Positions 21,440 through 29,875 of a stretch of 64,000 bases of DNA are shown here, piece by piece. The first letter of the stretch is position 1; every line of letters starts with the position of its first letter. Under the pieces are notes generated by a model. That model was not told the DNA's origin. It ran no database searches and saw only the letters and a list, made by a program, of their open reading frames with translations. The stretch is taken from positions 74,476 through 138,475 of the forward strand of contig JBMOLW010000041.1 of NCBI GenBank assembly GCA_049323875.1, written 5' to 3'. Origin of the DNA: Nitrospirota bacterium. GTDB taxonomy: Bacteria > Nitrospirota > Thermodesulfovibrionia > Thermodesulfovibrionales > SM23-35. A program made the translations under genes and the position numbers.

Positions 21440-21478
21440 GATATACAATAAAATATTATGATGTCAAGATATTATGAT
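21440..21478 (-). promoter_or_regulatory. Candidate TA-operon promoter with direct-repeat operator
   Basis: Minus strand has TTGACA (21467-21462), a 16-nt spacer, TATATC (21445-21440), then GGAGG and the ATG. Two ATATTATGAT direct repeats (21453-21462, 21469-21478) straddle the -35. Confidence 0.4.
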
Positions 21479-21512
21479 ATTAAGTAGGGGCTGCTTAAGA
21501 GCGCAGGACAGG

Positions 21513-22748
21513 TCAAAACTTCCTTACATACTCCATATACGATGCGTAATTGCGGCGTGTTTCGGCCATGCTGTCGCCACCGAATTTTTCGAGGAAGGCT
21601 GCCGCGATTGTGAGGGCAAGCATCGCCTCTCCGATAACCGCAGCAGCGGGTACTGCACAGATATCAGAGCGCTCATAGGCTGCTTCGACCCGCTTTTTGG
21701 TGGCGACATCGACGGAACGGAGGGGTTTTCTCTGTGTCGGTATCGGTTTCATGACAGCGCGTACGATGAGCGGCATGCCGTTGGTAATACCTCCCTCGAT
21801 CCCGCCTGCAAAGTTGGTCCTTCTGGAGAAGCCGGCAGCTTCTTCAGTGCTGAGTTTGATATTCCGGCTTTTTGCTCTTTGCTCTTTGCTCTTTGCTCTA
21901 TACACTATTTCATCCATAACCTCGGAACCGGATCTCCTCCCCATCCCGAACCCGAACCCGATCTCGACACCTTTCATCGCCTGTATCCCCATGACAGCCT
22001 GTGCAATCTTCCCGTCAAGCCTGCGGTCCCACTGGATATGACTCCCAAGGCCTGCCGGTACACCGGTGGCAAACACTTCGAAGATCCCGCCGAGCGAATT
22101 ACCTTCTTTCAGTGCCCTGTCTATGAGCCTGACCATCTTGTCCGAAACCGCTTGATCAGGACATCTGACAACCGATTTCTCTGCCCTGGCGAACATCCTG
22201 TGCAGTTGATCAGTATTCATGAGCCAGCTCTCGACCCCGGTTTTCTGAATTCCGATCTGAATGACATAACCGCCGACAAATATCCCGAATTCAGAGAGAA
22301 ATCTCTTGGTGACGGCGCCAAGTGCGACCCTCATTGCAGTCTCACGCGCGCTCGACCGTTCGAGGATGTTCCGCATATCCTGGTGGTCATATTTGATCGC
22401 ACCCGCAAGGTCCGCATGTCCGGGTCTCGGTCGCGTCACCGCCGGGATTGAGCCTTCTGCTTCAGCAAGAGGAGACATCCCTTCATTCCAGTTTTTGTAA
22501 TCCTTGTTCTCGATAATGAGCGCGACCGGAGAGCCAATGGTCTTCCCCCAACGGACGCCCGACAGGATCACTGCGTGGTCTGACTCGATCTTCATCCTCC
22601 CGCCTCTGCCATAGCCGCCCTGTCTCCGTCTCAGGTCCCTGTCGATGTCGTCAGATGAAATCCTGAGCCCCGAGGGAATCCCCTCAAGGATTCCTGTCAG
22701 GGCTTTCCCGTGTGATTCACCGGCCGTTATGTATCGCAACGTGCTCAT
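21513..22748 (-). CDS. aroC: Chorismate synthase
   Basis: MSTLRYITAGESHGKAL, RPGHAD, RSSARETA. The ATG at 22748 is preferred over the track TTG at 22769. Contains a repeat-derived loop insertion YRAKSKEQRAKSRNIKL. Confidence 0.95.
   Translation of the reverse strand: MSTLRYITAGESHGKALTGILEGIPSGLRISSDDIDRDLRRRQGGYGRGGRMKIESDHAVILSGVRWGKTIGSPVALIIENKDYKNWNEGMSPLAEAEGSIPAVTRPRPGHADLAGAIKYDHQDMRNILERSSARETAMRVALGAVTKRFLSEFGIFVGGYVIQIGIQKTGVESWLMNTDQLHRMFARAEKSVVRCPDQAVSDKMVRLIDRALKEGNSLGGIFEVFATGVPAGLGSHIQWDRRLDGKIAQAVMGIQAMKGVEIGFGFGMGRRSGSEVMDEIVYRAKSKEQRAKSRNIKLSTEEAAGFSRRTNFAGGIEGGITNGMPLIVRAVMKPIPTQRKPLRSVDVATKKRVEAAYERSDICAVPAAAVIGEAMLALTIAAAFLEKFGGDSMAETRRNYASYMEYVRKF
21870..21897. repeat. 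Heptamer tandem array (TTTGCTC)x4 inside aroC
   Basis: Four perfect units. The coding strand reads GAGCAAA x4, translated as AKSKEQRAKS. Confidence 0.9.
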
Positions 22749-22860
22749 AAGGGACACTTGTTGTGTCAAAGTATACCACAGTTTTTATGGAATTTTTCCC
22801 GGCAATGAAGATAATATACCAGGGAAGTTACCATCAAGCAGACATGCCTGATATTTCTGT

Positions 22861-22915
22861 CATTGCGGCTTGTCCGCAATCCTTCTTCAGAAAGATTCCC
22901 GACAGGCGGGAATGA
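22861..22915. repeat. Bipartite double-hairpin REP-like element, copy a
   Basis: CATTGCGG-CTTGT-CCGCAATCC, a 14-nt spacer, then GATTCCCG-ACAGG-CGGGAATGA. Same flanks as the copies at 29108 and 31184. Confidence 0.8.
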
Positions 22916-22970
22916 TAACATGATATATTGTTGCTTATGACTATATTACTGAATCAGAAATAGGACAGCT

Positions 22971-23510
22971 ATGAACAGGAAAACCCTATCCGGCTATTGC
23001 ATCGTTCTCGCACTCTCGTCTCTTCTCCACGCGCTGAGCCCTGCAAAAACATCTATACACCTGATACTCCCCCTTTTTCTGCTCTTCTATCCGACCGTCA
23101 CAGGCTACAGGGTAAAGATCAGTCTTTCCCCGAAGGATATCATGTTCGGGCTTGCGGTATCAGTATTGATCCTTGCACCTTACGGGATTGCGTTCAGGGC
23201 AGAACCGGGCGACCTAACCCCTTATCTCATAGTTTTCCAGTTCCTCGGCGTTGCATTCCCTGAAGAATTTTTCTTCAGGGGATTCCTCCAGGATTCTCTG
23301 GGGAGGAACTACAAAGCAGTCGTGTTCGCAAGCCTCCTTTTTGCGCTCGCCCATCTCCCGCAGGCAATATTCAGCGGCGGATGGATCGCACTCCTCAGCT
23401 TCTTCCCTTCACTGATTATGGGATGGCTTTTCCTGAAAACAAAGAATATACTGCCCGGCGCCATATTTCACTGGGTTGCGAACCTGATACAGCAGTCGAT
23501 ACCCGGCTGA
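22971..23510 (+). CDS. CPBP family (CAAX/Abi) intramembrane glutamic endopeptidase
   Basis: 179 aa, polytopic, with motifs EEFFFRGF (EExxxR), FALAHL (FxxxH) and HWVANL (HxxxN). Its stop lies 2 bp from the convergent S8 protease stop. Confidence 0.85.
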   Translation: MNRKTLSGYCIVLALSSLLHALSPAKTSIHLILPLFLLFYPTVTGYRVKISLSPKDIMFGLAVSVLILAPYGIAFRAEPGDLTPYLIVFQFLGVAFPEEFFFRGFLQDSLGRNYKAVVFASLLFALAHLPQAIFSGGWIALLSFFPSLIMGWLFLKTKNILPGAIFHWVANLIQQSIPG

Positions 23511-23512
23511 TT

Positions 23513-25816
23513 TCACCCTTTCCTTCTCAGGATAAATACGATCACAAGGGGAAGCAGGAGCATAAGGGTATCTGCAACTGCTGTCTGGGGCGAAGCAGTC
23601 CTCCCGATGGCACACCCGCCGCCACCGCCTCCGTCTCCGTTATCAGAGGAAGATTTTTCCGTGGTCGCCTGGGTTTCATTCGAATACGCCGAATAGCCGA
23701 ATGTATTTACTGCACGCACCCGATAGAAATATGTTGTGGCCGGATTTAACCCCGAATCATTGTAGCTCGTGGTATTCGATCCGGTCCCTGCTATTTCAGC
23801 ATACATCCCGGCCTCTCCGGTCTTTCTCTCGATCCTGAAACCGGTTTCATTCGATGAAGTATCTGTCCAGGAAAGATCTATCTGGCTTTTTGAAACCGCC
23901 GTTGCCATGAGGTTCGATGGGGCAGAGGGAATCATAGCGTTCAAGGCTTCAAAGGCATTTACCCTTCCCCCGGTCGCCGTAAACCCGGTGAGGGAACCCT
24001 TCTGATCCACACTGTTCAGGATAATATTCCTCACCTCAGCATAGGACAGGGCAGGATTGGCCGAAAAGACCAGCCCGGCAACACCGCTTACATACGGGGC
24101 AGCAAGCGATGTTCCGCTCCACGGCAGTTCTCCGCGATACATTTCATATGAATAACCCCCTACGCTCAGCGGCTGCCTCTGTACAAGAACATCATCAATG
24201 GATACCCCCTCCTGCTGGAAAAACCCGTCTGATTCGAGGCCAAACCCGATATGGAACCGGTCATAGAGATCGGCTGCTTCCGTAATCAGGTCAGTAAAGA
24301 CCGGGACAAAAGCACCTCCGGTATTCCCGTCCGTCCATGCAACGTTCTGCCATGTATTGCCGTCCGGAGAAGAGTTGAACCAGAAATAATCAAATGAGAG
24401 TTGATCGATATGTCCCTTCCAGACACAGGACAGGATATAGAGGTTGTTCTTGACCGATACCAGCGGGGTCAGATATCCTGCCCAGGAATTGGTATTGGGC
24501 AGATAGGTCGCTCCGGGGCTCTCTTCAAGGCTGTTCGTTCCGTTCACCCCGGTTCCCGGGGTTATCTCCCATGATGCGTTTATTCCACCCTGTGACCATC
24601 CGATCAGGGAAAGCGGGCCCGTTGCACTGTCAAAGTTCTCACTATATACCGTAACCGGTGCGCCCGCTGAAATTACCGGGACAGTGCTGTAGATCTCCAC
24701 TCCCGGAGCAGCAAGATCAACAGATGCTGCTCCATAATTCGAGAAATTCGCAAGGGTATCGCTGCTGTCAGAAGCCGCGACTGACAGGATATTATCCAGG
24801 CTGAAGCCGGCAGGGTAGAAGGGAGCCAAATCAGTGTTCAAACTCTCATTGCCCGCAGCAGCAACAAACAGCACCCCTTTCGACCGGGCATAGTTTATGG
24901 CACTATAGAGAGTATTTGAGTAATCATATCCTCCCCAGCTCGCATTGATAACCCGGGCTCCGTTGTCTGCAGCATAGATGATTGCACCGGCTGCATTCGC
25001 TACATCGCCCGACCCGGTCACTCCCAGAAAACGGATCGCCATGATATTTGACGACCACATGACTCCTGACCCGCCCATACTATTGTTTCCGTCTGATGCG
25101 ATAATCCCTGCGACATGGGTCCCATGGGAGTCCAAATCCTCGGGATAGCCGTCATTATCCACAAAATCCCAGCCATACATATCATCGATATATCCATTGC
25201 CGTCGTCGTCTATGCCATTCGCCGAGATCTCTCTTGTATTCCTCCAGATATTGTCCGCAAGGTCCGGGTGGTTGTATGCGACTCCTGTATCAATTACAGC
25301 GATGATACTGTCCTTCGACCCTGTCGTAAAATCCCATGCTTCCGGAGCATCGATATCCGCATCAGGACTCCCGCTGGTCTGTCCGGTATTTGCAAGCCCC
25401 CACTGATAGATAAAGCCCGGGTCATTCGGGATGACCGCCTTCCTCACAAGATAATTCGGCTCTGCATATTCAACATCAGGATTCGATCGATAGGCGTCGA
25501 GTGTTTTCTGAAGGTCCACGGAACCAGGCAACAGGACCCGTTGTACTCCGATATGCTTCAGCTCGCGGACTTTTCCTGCCCCCATAGCCGCATTGAGCGA
25601 AACTCTTCTCAAGTCCGGGGTACCGGGTTTGAATTTGACGAGAACTTCTCCGGGGAGGTTCCGGGACATCGGCACCTTTAAGCCCTCCGAGCCCTTTCCC
25701 TGAGTCTGCAGGGAAACAGGGTCAGGATTCGTTGTGTTTTGCGTGATCCGGAATTGCTCTTCAGCGCCGCACCCGGCAAAGGCCAGCACAACCATAATAC
25801 AGATGAAATATCTCAC
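23513..25816 (-). CDS. S8 (subtilisin-like) serine protease: lipobox, propeptide, FN3, Cys-containing C-terminal tag
   Basis: GTG start 5 nt after AGGAGG and 10 bp after gspN. Lipobox LAFAGC and propeptide ..VLVKFKPG..VEYAEPNY. Catalytic triad AVIDTGV, HGTHVAG, SGTSLAAP. One FN3 domain. Tail GGGGGGCAIGRTASPQTAVADTLMLLLPLVIVFILRRKG. Confidence 0.93.
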   Translation of the reverse strand: MRYFICIMVVLAFAGCGAEEQFRITQNTTNPDPVSLQTQGKGSEGLKVPMSRNLPGEVLVKFKPGTPDLRRVSLNAAMGAGKVRELKHIGVQRVLLPGSVDLQKTLDAYRSNPDVEYAEPNYLVRKAVIPNDPGFIYQWGLANTGQTSGSPDADIDAPEAWDFTTGSKDSIIAVIDTGVAYNHPDLADNIWRNTREISANGIDDDGNGYIDDMYGWDFVDNDGYPEDLDSHGTHVAGIIASDGNNSMGGSGVMWSSNIMAIRFLGVTGSGDVANAAGAIIYAADNGARVINASWGGYDYSNTLYSAINYARSKGVLFVAAAGNESLNTDLAPFYPAGFSLDNILSVAASDSSDTLANFSNYGAASVDLAAPGVEIYSTVPVISAGAPVTVYSENFDSATGPLSLIGWSQGGINASWEITPGTGVNGTNSLEESPGATYLPNTNSWAGYLTPLVSVKNNLYILSCVWKGHIDQLSFDYFWFNSSPDGNTWQNVAWTDGNTGGAFVPVFTDLITEAADLYDRFHIGFGLESDGFFQQEGVSIDDVLVQRQPLSVGGYSYEMYRGELPWSGTSLAAPYVSGVAGLVFSANPALSYAEVRNIILNSVDQKGSLTGFTATGGRVNAFEALNAMIPSAPSNLMATAVSKSQIDLSWTDTSSNETGFRIERKTGEAGMYAEIAGTGSNTTSYNDSGLNPATTYFYRVRAVNTFGYSAYSNETQATTEKSSSDNGDGGGGGGCAIGRTASPQTAVADTLMLLLPLVIVFILRRKG

Positions 25817-25826
25817 AATAACCTCC

Positions 25827-26606
25827 TCACCGGTAAAGGGTTCCCTTCACCGGTATCACAAAATAACCGGGAGAGACTTTATAGTGCTCAAGCTGCGCGA
25901 GCAGAAACGGGTTTTCGAGAAATGACCTGCCCGGCATGATTTCCATGGCAAGGTCCATCACCGTATTCCGGACTACCCCTTTGAGTCTCGCAAAGACATC
26001 TTCTCCCTCGAGTGAAAGGGATACGATCCGTATCGTGTCACCCTGAATTTCCAGTGCCCCGGTAAGGGTATGGAACAGGTTCAAGGGCACCCGTCTGCCC
26101 GCATAGGTAGCAGGTTCTAAGCGGGCATCCCCTGAAGCGAACTCGGCATGACCGGTTGAATCATTAATCCTCAAGGTGCCGGACAGTCTGCCCCTGCCTG
26201 CGAGACCCATCCTTTTCAGGAATACGATCTCGCTGATGCTGACATCGTTGAGAGAACACGTTATCTGCTGGGTGTCCCTGGTAAATTCCATTCTGCCCGA
26301 AACAGCCCCGCCATATACTTCACCATCGAGCACCCCGCGCAGACTGAAGAAGAAGAGACTGAACGGGTAGACGCGGAGCGAGAGATTGCGGAACGTGACC
26401 AGTTCATGGCTGTCGCGCCTCAGGACTGCTGTGTCAATATCTATAGTATACAACAACCCTTTCTTCAGTCCATGCAGTTCAGCATTGATCCCGTGGGCTG
26501 CGAGGGAATCCTCTATAATGGCCTGGAGTGTGTCCGGGGAGAAAACAACCCATGGACCGCAGAGGATCAGGATCAGGGCGCATGCGAGGATAAGGAAAAG
26601 CTTCAC
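25827..26606 (-). CDS. gspN: Type II secretion system protein N (putative)
   Basis: 259 aa with an N-terminal TM. Positioned after gspM, with a GTGA overlap with it. Confidence 0.6.
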   Translation of the reverse strand: MKLFLILACALILILCGPWVVFSPDTLQAIIEDSLAAHGINAELHGLKKGLLYTIDIDTAVLRRDSHELVTFRNLSLRVYPFSLFFFSLRGVLDGEVYGGAVSGRMEFTRDTQQITCSLNDVSISEIVFLKRMGLAGRGRLSGTLRINDSTGHAEFASGDARLEPATYAGRRVPLNLFHTLTGALEIQGDTIRIVSLSLEGEDVFARLKGVVRNTVMDLAMEIMPGRSFLENPFLLAQLEHYKVSPGYFVIPVKGTLYR

Positions 26607-27106
26607 TTTGTCATCAGGAACGAAAGGGCAAGGGAAATATTCAAGAGCTCAGGATTCTCAAAAGACTTCTTGATAGTCACCTTTTTCATGACAAGCGGCA
26701 TGGGTGCGTTCTCGATCCTGTAAAGGATATTCACCATCTCATTCATGGTAACTTTCTCGAGAGAGAGATCGGCACCCTCTTCAAAACCGCCCCTGATCTC
26801 CTTCTTTCCTGTGGACTTCAGAGTTTTTACTGTATCTTTCAGTCCCATTGAACTGAAGGCTTCATCGACAGCCTGAACAATGCCCTGAGGAGCTGAAAGG
26901 CCCTTCCTGCTTTCTCCTGAATCTATCCTCTGTTTCAAAGAGAGGTATTCCTCCTTCAGCTGAAGCATCTCGTTCTGTTGTTCTTTGAGCATGGCCAGCT
27001 CTGTTCTGGCCGATGAGATCAGGTGCATTCCATAGAAGAGGAGGAGAAGAGCAACGAACAGGCCGCCAAGAAAAATCATCATTGTTTTGTCCTTGAAAAA
27101 TGCCAT
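26603..27106 (-). CDS. gspM: Type II secretion system protein M (putative)
   Basis: 167 aa, bitopic (TM IFLGGLFVALLLLFYGM) followed by a coiled coil. Positioned after gspL. Confidence 0.6.
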   Translation of the reverse strand: MAFFKDKTMMIFLGGLFVALLLLFYGMHLISSARTELAMLKEQQNEMLQLKEEYLSLKQRIDSGESRKGLSAPQGIVQAVDEAFSSMGLKDTVKTLKSTGKKEIRGGFEEGADLSLEKVTMNEMVNILYRIENAPMPLVMKKVTIKKSFENPELLNISLALSFLMTK

Positions 27107-28170
27107 CAGGATTTCCTCTCCCTCGCTGTTATGGTGAACAGCATCCCACTCGCCGCAGACGACTTGGAATCTGACAGGGCAACCCCGTCAAAAACCGGCT
27201 CCAGTCTGTCCTTCATCTTCTGTACCTCGCCCAGGGTCGGGGCTTCTCCTTTCAGAATCAGATTCTCCCTGTCCATGGTCATCTCATGAAAGACCACGTC
27301 TTGCCTGTCGATTTCCGAAATTGCAAGGATTGCGGCCAGAGGACTGATACCGAGAAATATCTCCTCGTCGGTTTTCAGTTCTTTCATATGGGATTTCATC
27401 TGATGGAGTTCATTCACGATATTCTTTTCTCCGGGGAAGACTTCCTGATACTCTTTTCGTATAGCATTTTTTACCGCTGCGATTTCCGAGCGGACAGAGA
27501 AAATATTCAGCAGGATGTCAGCAGCAAAAAACATCACGACAACCATGGCAAGGAGCGCAGTCAATCTCAGCGATCTCCGGGTCTTTTCGGTCTCCCGGGT
27601 GTATGCAAATTCATCCCTGCGGAGGTTGAGGACCGGAGACTTCATCTCTTCAAGAGCAACAGATATCCTTTCCTCTCCGTCCAACTCGCCCGGCCCGAGA
27701 AGTTTTTCCGGTGAAAAATCCCTGATAACTTTCCTGAGATCAAGAGACGTTATGCAGACCGGGTCGGCATTGTATGTCTTCAGTTTTTCCAGAAGGCCTC
27801 TGATAATTTTTTTACTCACATACACTGCGAGCACCTGGCTTGTGTTGCCGGAATCAGTGAGCGGGATGCAATCAAACACCACATTTTCAGATCCTTCGAG
27901 TATGATGTTGTCAAGTTCAAAGGGGAGCACGTCCCTCACCTTTTCCCGTTCTCCAAATGGCAGGTCCATGACCCGGAAATCGAGATTGCTCAGGGGAAGG
28001 CTTACATAGGTATTCTCAACAGCACCCGGAACAGGATCGATCGGAAAATCGTGGCTGCCTGAGCGGGGATAGACCTTGCTCTCCTTAAGAGTATAACCGC
28101 CCCTTCCTGAATCGAAGAGATAGGTTTCGATTTCAGAGTCTCTGATATCAAGAAAGAGCGCCGTTGCCAC
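27106..28170 (-). CDS. gspL: Type II secretion system protein L (putative)
   Basis: 354 aa with a cytoplasmic PilM/actin-like N-domain, one TM (LTALLAMVVVMFFAADILL) and a periplasmic C-domain. GTG start. Confidence 0.65.
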   Translation of the reverse strand: MATALFLDIRDSEIETYLFDSGRGGYTLKESKVYPRSGSHDFPIDPVPGAVENTYVSLPLSNLDFRVMDLPFGEREKVRDVLPFELDNIILEGSENVVFDCIPLTDSGNTSQVLAVYVSKKIIRGLLEKLKTYNADPVCITSLDLRKVIRDFSPEKLLGPGELDGEERISVALEEMKSPVLNLRRDEFAYTRETEKTRRSLRLTALLAMVVVMFFAADILLNIFSVRSEIAAVKNAIRKEYQEVFPGEKNIVNELHQMKSHMKELKTDEEIFLGISPLAAILAISEIDRQDVVFHEMTMDRENLILKGEAPTLGEVQKMKDRLEPVFDGVALSDSKSSAASGMLFTITARERKS

Positions 28171-29057
28171 TAATATTCCTTCCAGTATTCAATGAGATTG
28201 CCGTTGTGATCCCATACCGCTTCAATGATCCGTTTCACTCCTCCTGATGACGCTACCGACTTCACAGAAAATTGGCTGCTTTTCTCCATCAGGGCTATCG
28301 AGGTATCAGGCAATGAACCCGTGAATCTCTGAAAGTCCTCTCCCTTCAGGGGAACCACTTCCCTGTTGCGGACTATCTGCTCCGCTTCCTCTTCCGTAAC
28401 ATCCTCCGCAAGGCATCTCAGCACAGGGGTGCCGGCAGTGTTAATATTTATTTCAAGGTTCAATGCGCTCTTTCCAAAGACAGTAACATATGGCAATAAT
28501 GTATCATACTCTTCTTCCCCGATTCCATGCACCAGGAGAAGTTCGTCGATACTGACGAAATATGCGTTTTCTGCCCCGGTCTCCGAACCCGGCACTCTTG
28601 CCTCGCTGTCCCCGTCTATCCAGTCCGCAATTCTCCCGGCAATACGCTCATCAAGGTTTAAGATGGCCAGCAACCTCACAAATGCATCATAGGTATTCTT
28701 TTGGCCGTTGGGATAGACAAGGGTGTTGATGTTGAATTTGGCGTTTTCGTCCTCGATCCTGACCGTGACCGTCCCCTGGAAATCCTCGAAAGGATTTTCC
28801 ACAGGCATCTCCATAAAATTCTGTGTCGGTATCGCAGTTCCGGAACTCAGCACATTGGCAAGAAACGGCACTGATACGTTGATCCCTGATCTTGCCATGA
28901 GGGAGAGCCGCTGCGCATCCCGCCAGTTATAGAGATTATTCGTTCCCGTATAGACACCATAAGAGAATTCCACGACCATCGCAGTCAGGAGAACAAGGAC
29001 AAGAAGCGTGATAACCAGTGCCATGCCGTGCTGGTTGAAGCACACATTGTGTTTCAT
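28170..29057 (-). CDS. gspK: Type II secretion minor pseudopilin K
   Basis: Prepilin-like MKHNVCFNQHG|MALVITLLVLVLLTAMVVEF with a large GspK-size body. The track ORF extends to 29228, but that extension is a translation of REP copy b. Confidence 0.7.
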   Translation of the reverse strand: MKHNVCFNQHGMALVITLLVLVLLTAMVVEFSYGVYTGTNNLYNWRDAQRLSLMARSGINVSVPFLANVLSSGTAIPTQNFMEMPVENPFEDFQGTVTVRIEDENAKFNINTLVYPNGQKNTYDAFVRLLAILNLDERIAGRIADWIDGDSEARVPGSETGAENAYFVSIDELLLVHGIGEEEYDTLLPYVTVFGKSALNLEININTAGTPVLRCLAEDVTEEEAEQIVRNREVVPLKGEDFQRFTGSLPDTSIALMEKSSQFSVKSVASSGGVKRIIEAVWDHNGNLIEYWKEY

Positions 29058-29107
29058 CGTTTTCCTGGAAATCTCCCTTTCACACTGCATTACTTCTGAA
29101 TAACTGT

Positions 29108-29173
29108 CATTGTCCGGCTTGACCGGACAATCCAGTTTTTTTCTCTGGATTCCCCGATCAAGTCGGGGAATGA
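29108..29173. repeat. Bipartite double-hairpin REP-like element, copy b
   Basis: CATTGTCCGG-CTTGA-CCGGACAATCC, a 17-nt spacer, then GATTCCCCGA-TCAAG-TCGGGGAATGA. Lies between gspJ and gspK. Confidence 0.85.
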
Positions 29174-29224
29174 CTTTATGGACATTTATGCCCAAGTGAA
29201 GAGAGAACAAAGGAATCTTCTCCA

Positions 29225-29875
29225 TCATACCTGATTTCCTATCCTGGGTTTTGCGATATCATTGAGTGTAACCGTATGCCCCTTGATTCTCATGGTCAGG
29301 CCTATCCGTAATTCCCCGGGTTTCGTTTTGTTCACTGCCGCATCCCAGGTCCCCACCCAGGCATCCTGATATTTCGCCTCGATGCTGAACCCTTCAAGAT
29401 CTTCTATGATCTCAACTCCCTCTGTTTCTGCCCTCCCGTATGGTGATTCCATTTTTTTCAGGAGGCTCAGTTTCCCCTCTTTCTCTTCGACATAATACGA
29501 AATCCTTGAAAGCCCGGGGCGCAGAGCGGAGAATGCAGTGAAATCGAGCTGTGTGGTCTGTCTGCCGTAGACATCTCTGTCCTCAATCCGGAATACAGTA
29601 TGGGTTTTCTGTTCGTTCTGATATGCGGCTTCAAGTTCGCATCTAAGGATATCGATAGCTCTCCTTGCCTCCTGAAGTCTGGTCAAAGATTCATCCATTC
29701 CTTCCATTGCCCTGTAGCTCAGGAAAAATGTACTGTAAATCGCAACGAGGATTACGGAGAGGATTGAGACTGCGACAAGCACTTCCAGCAGCGTAAAACC
29801 CATTCGCTGTGACAGGAGAACCCCGGGCCTGTCCTGTCCACCGAAATGGCATAAAGAATCCGTCTTATTGATCAT
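29225..29875 (-). CDS. gspJ: Type II secretion minor pseudopilin J
   Basis: 216 aa with prepilin motif ..QRMG|FTLLEVLVAVSILSV. ATGA overlap with gspI. Confidence 0.7.
   Translation of the reverse strand: MINKTDSLCHFGGQDRPGVLLSQRMGFTLLEVLVAVSILSVILVAIYSTFFLSYRAMEGMDESLTRLQEARRAIDILRCELEAAYQNEQKTHTVFRIEDRDVYGRQTTQLDFTAFSALRPGLSRISYYVEEKEGKLSLLKKMESPYGRAETEGVEIIEDLEGFSIEAKYQDAWVGTWDAAVNKTKPGELRIGLTMRIKGHTVTLNDIAKPRIGNQV

Noticed and set aside
29058-29228. 57-codon N-terminal extension of gspK in the ORF track (MMEKIPLFSLHLGINVHKVIPRLDRGIQRKKLDCPVKPDNDS...)
   Set aside because: The extension is a read-through of REP-like copy b; PRLDRGIQ and LDCPVKPDND are the hairpin arms. A prepilin-type leader MKHNVCFNQHG|MALV starts at 29057. 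The ATGA overlap with gspJ is probably fortuitous, though a long-leader start cannot be fully excluded.
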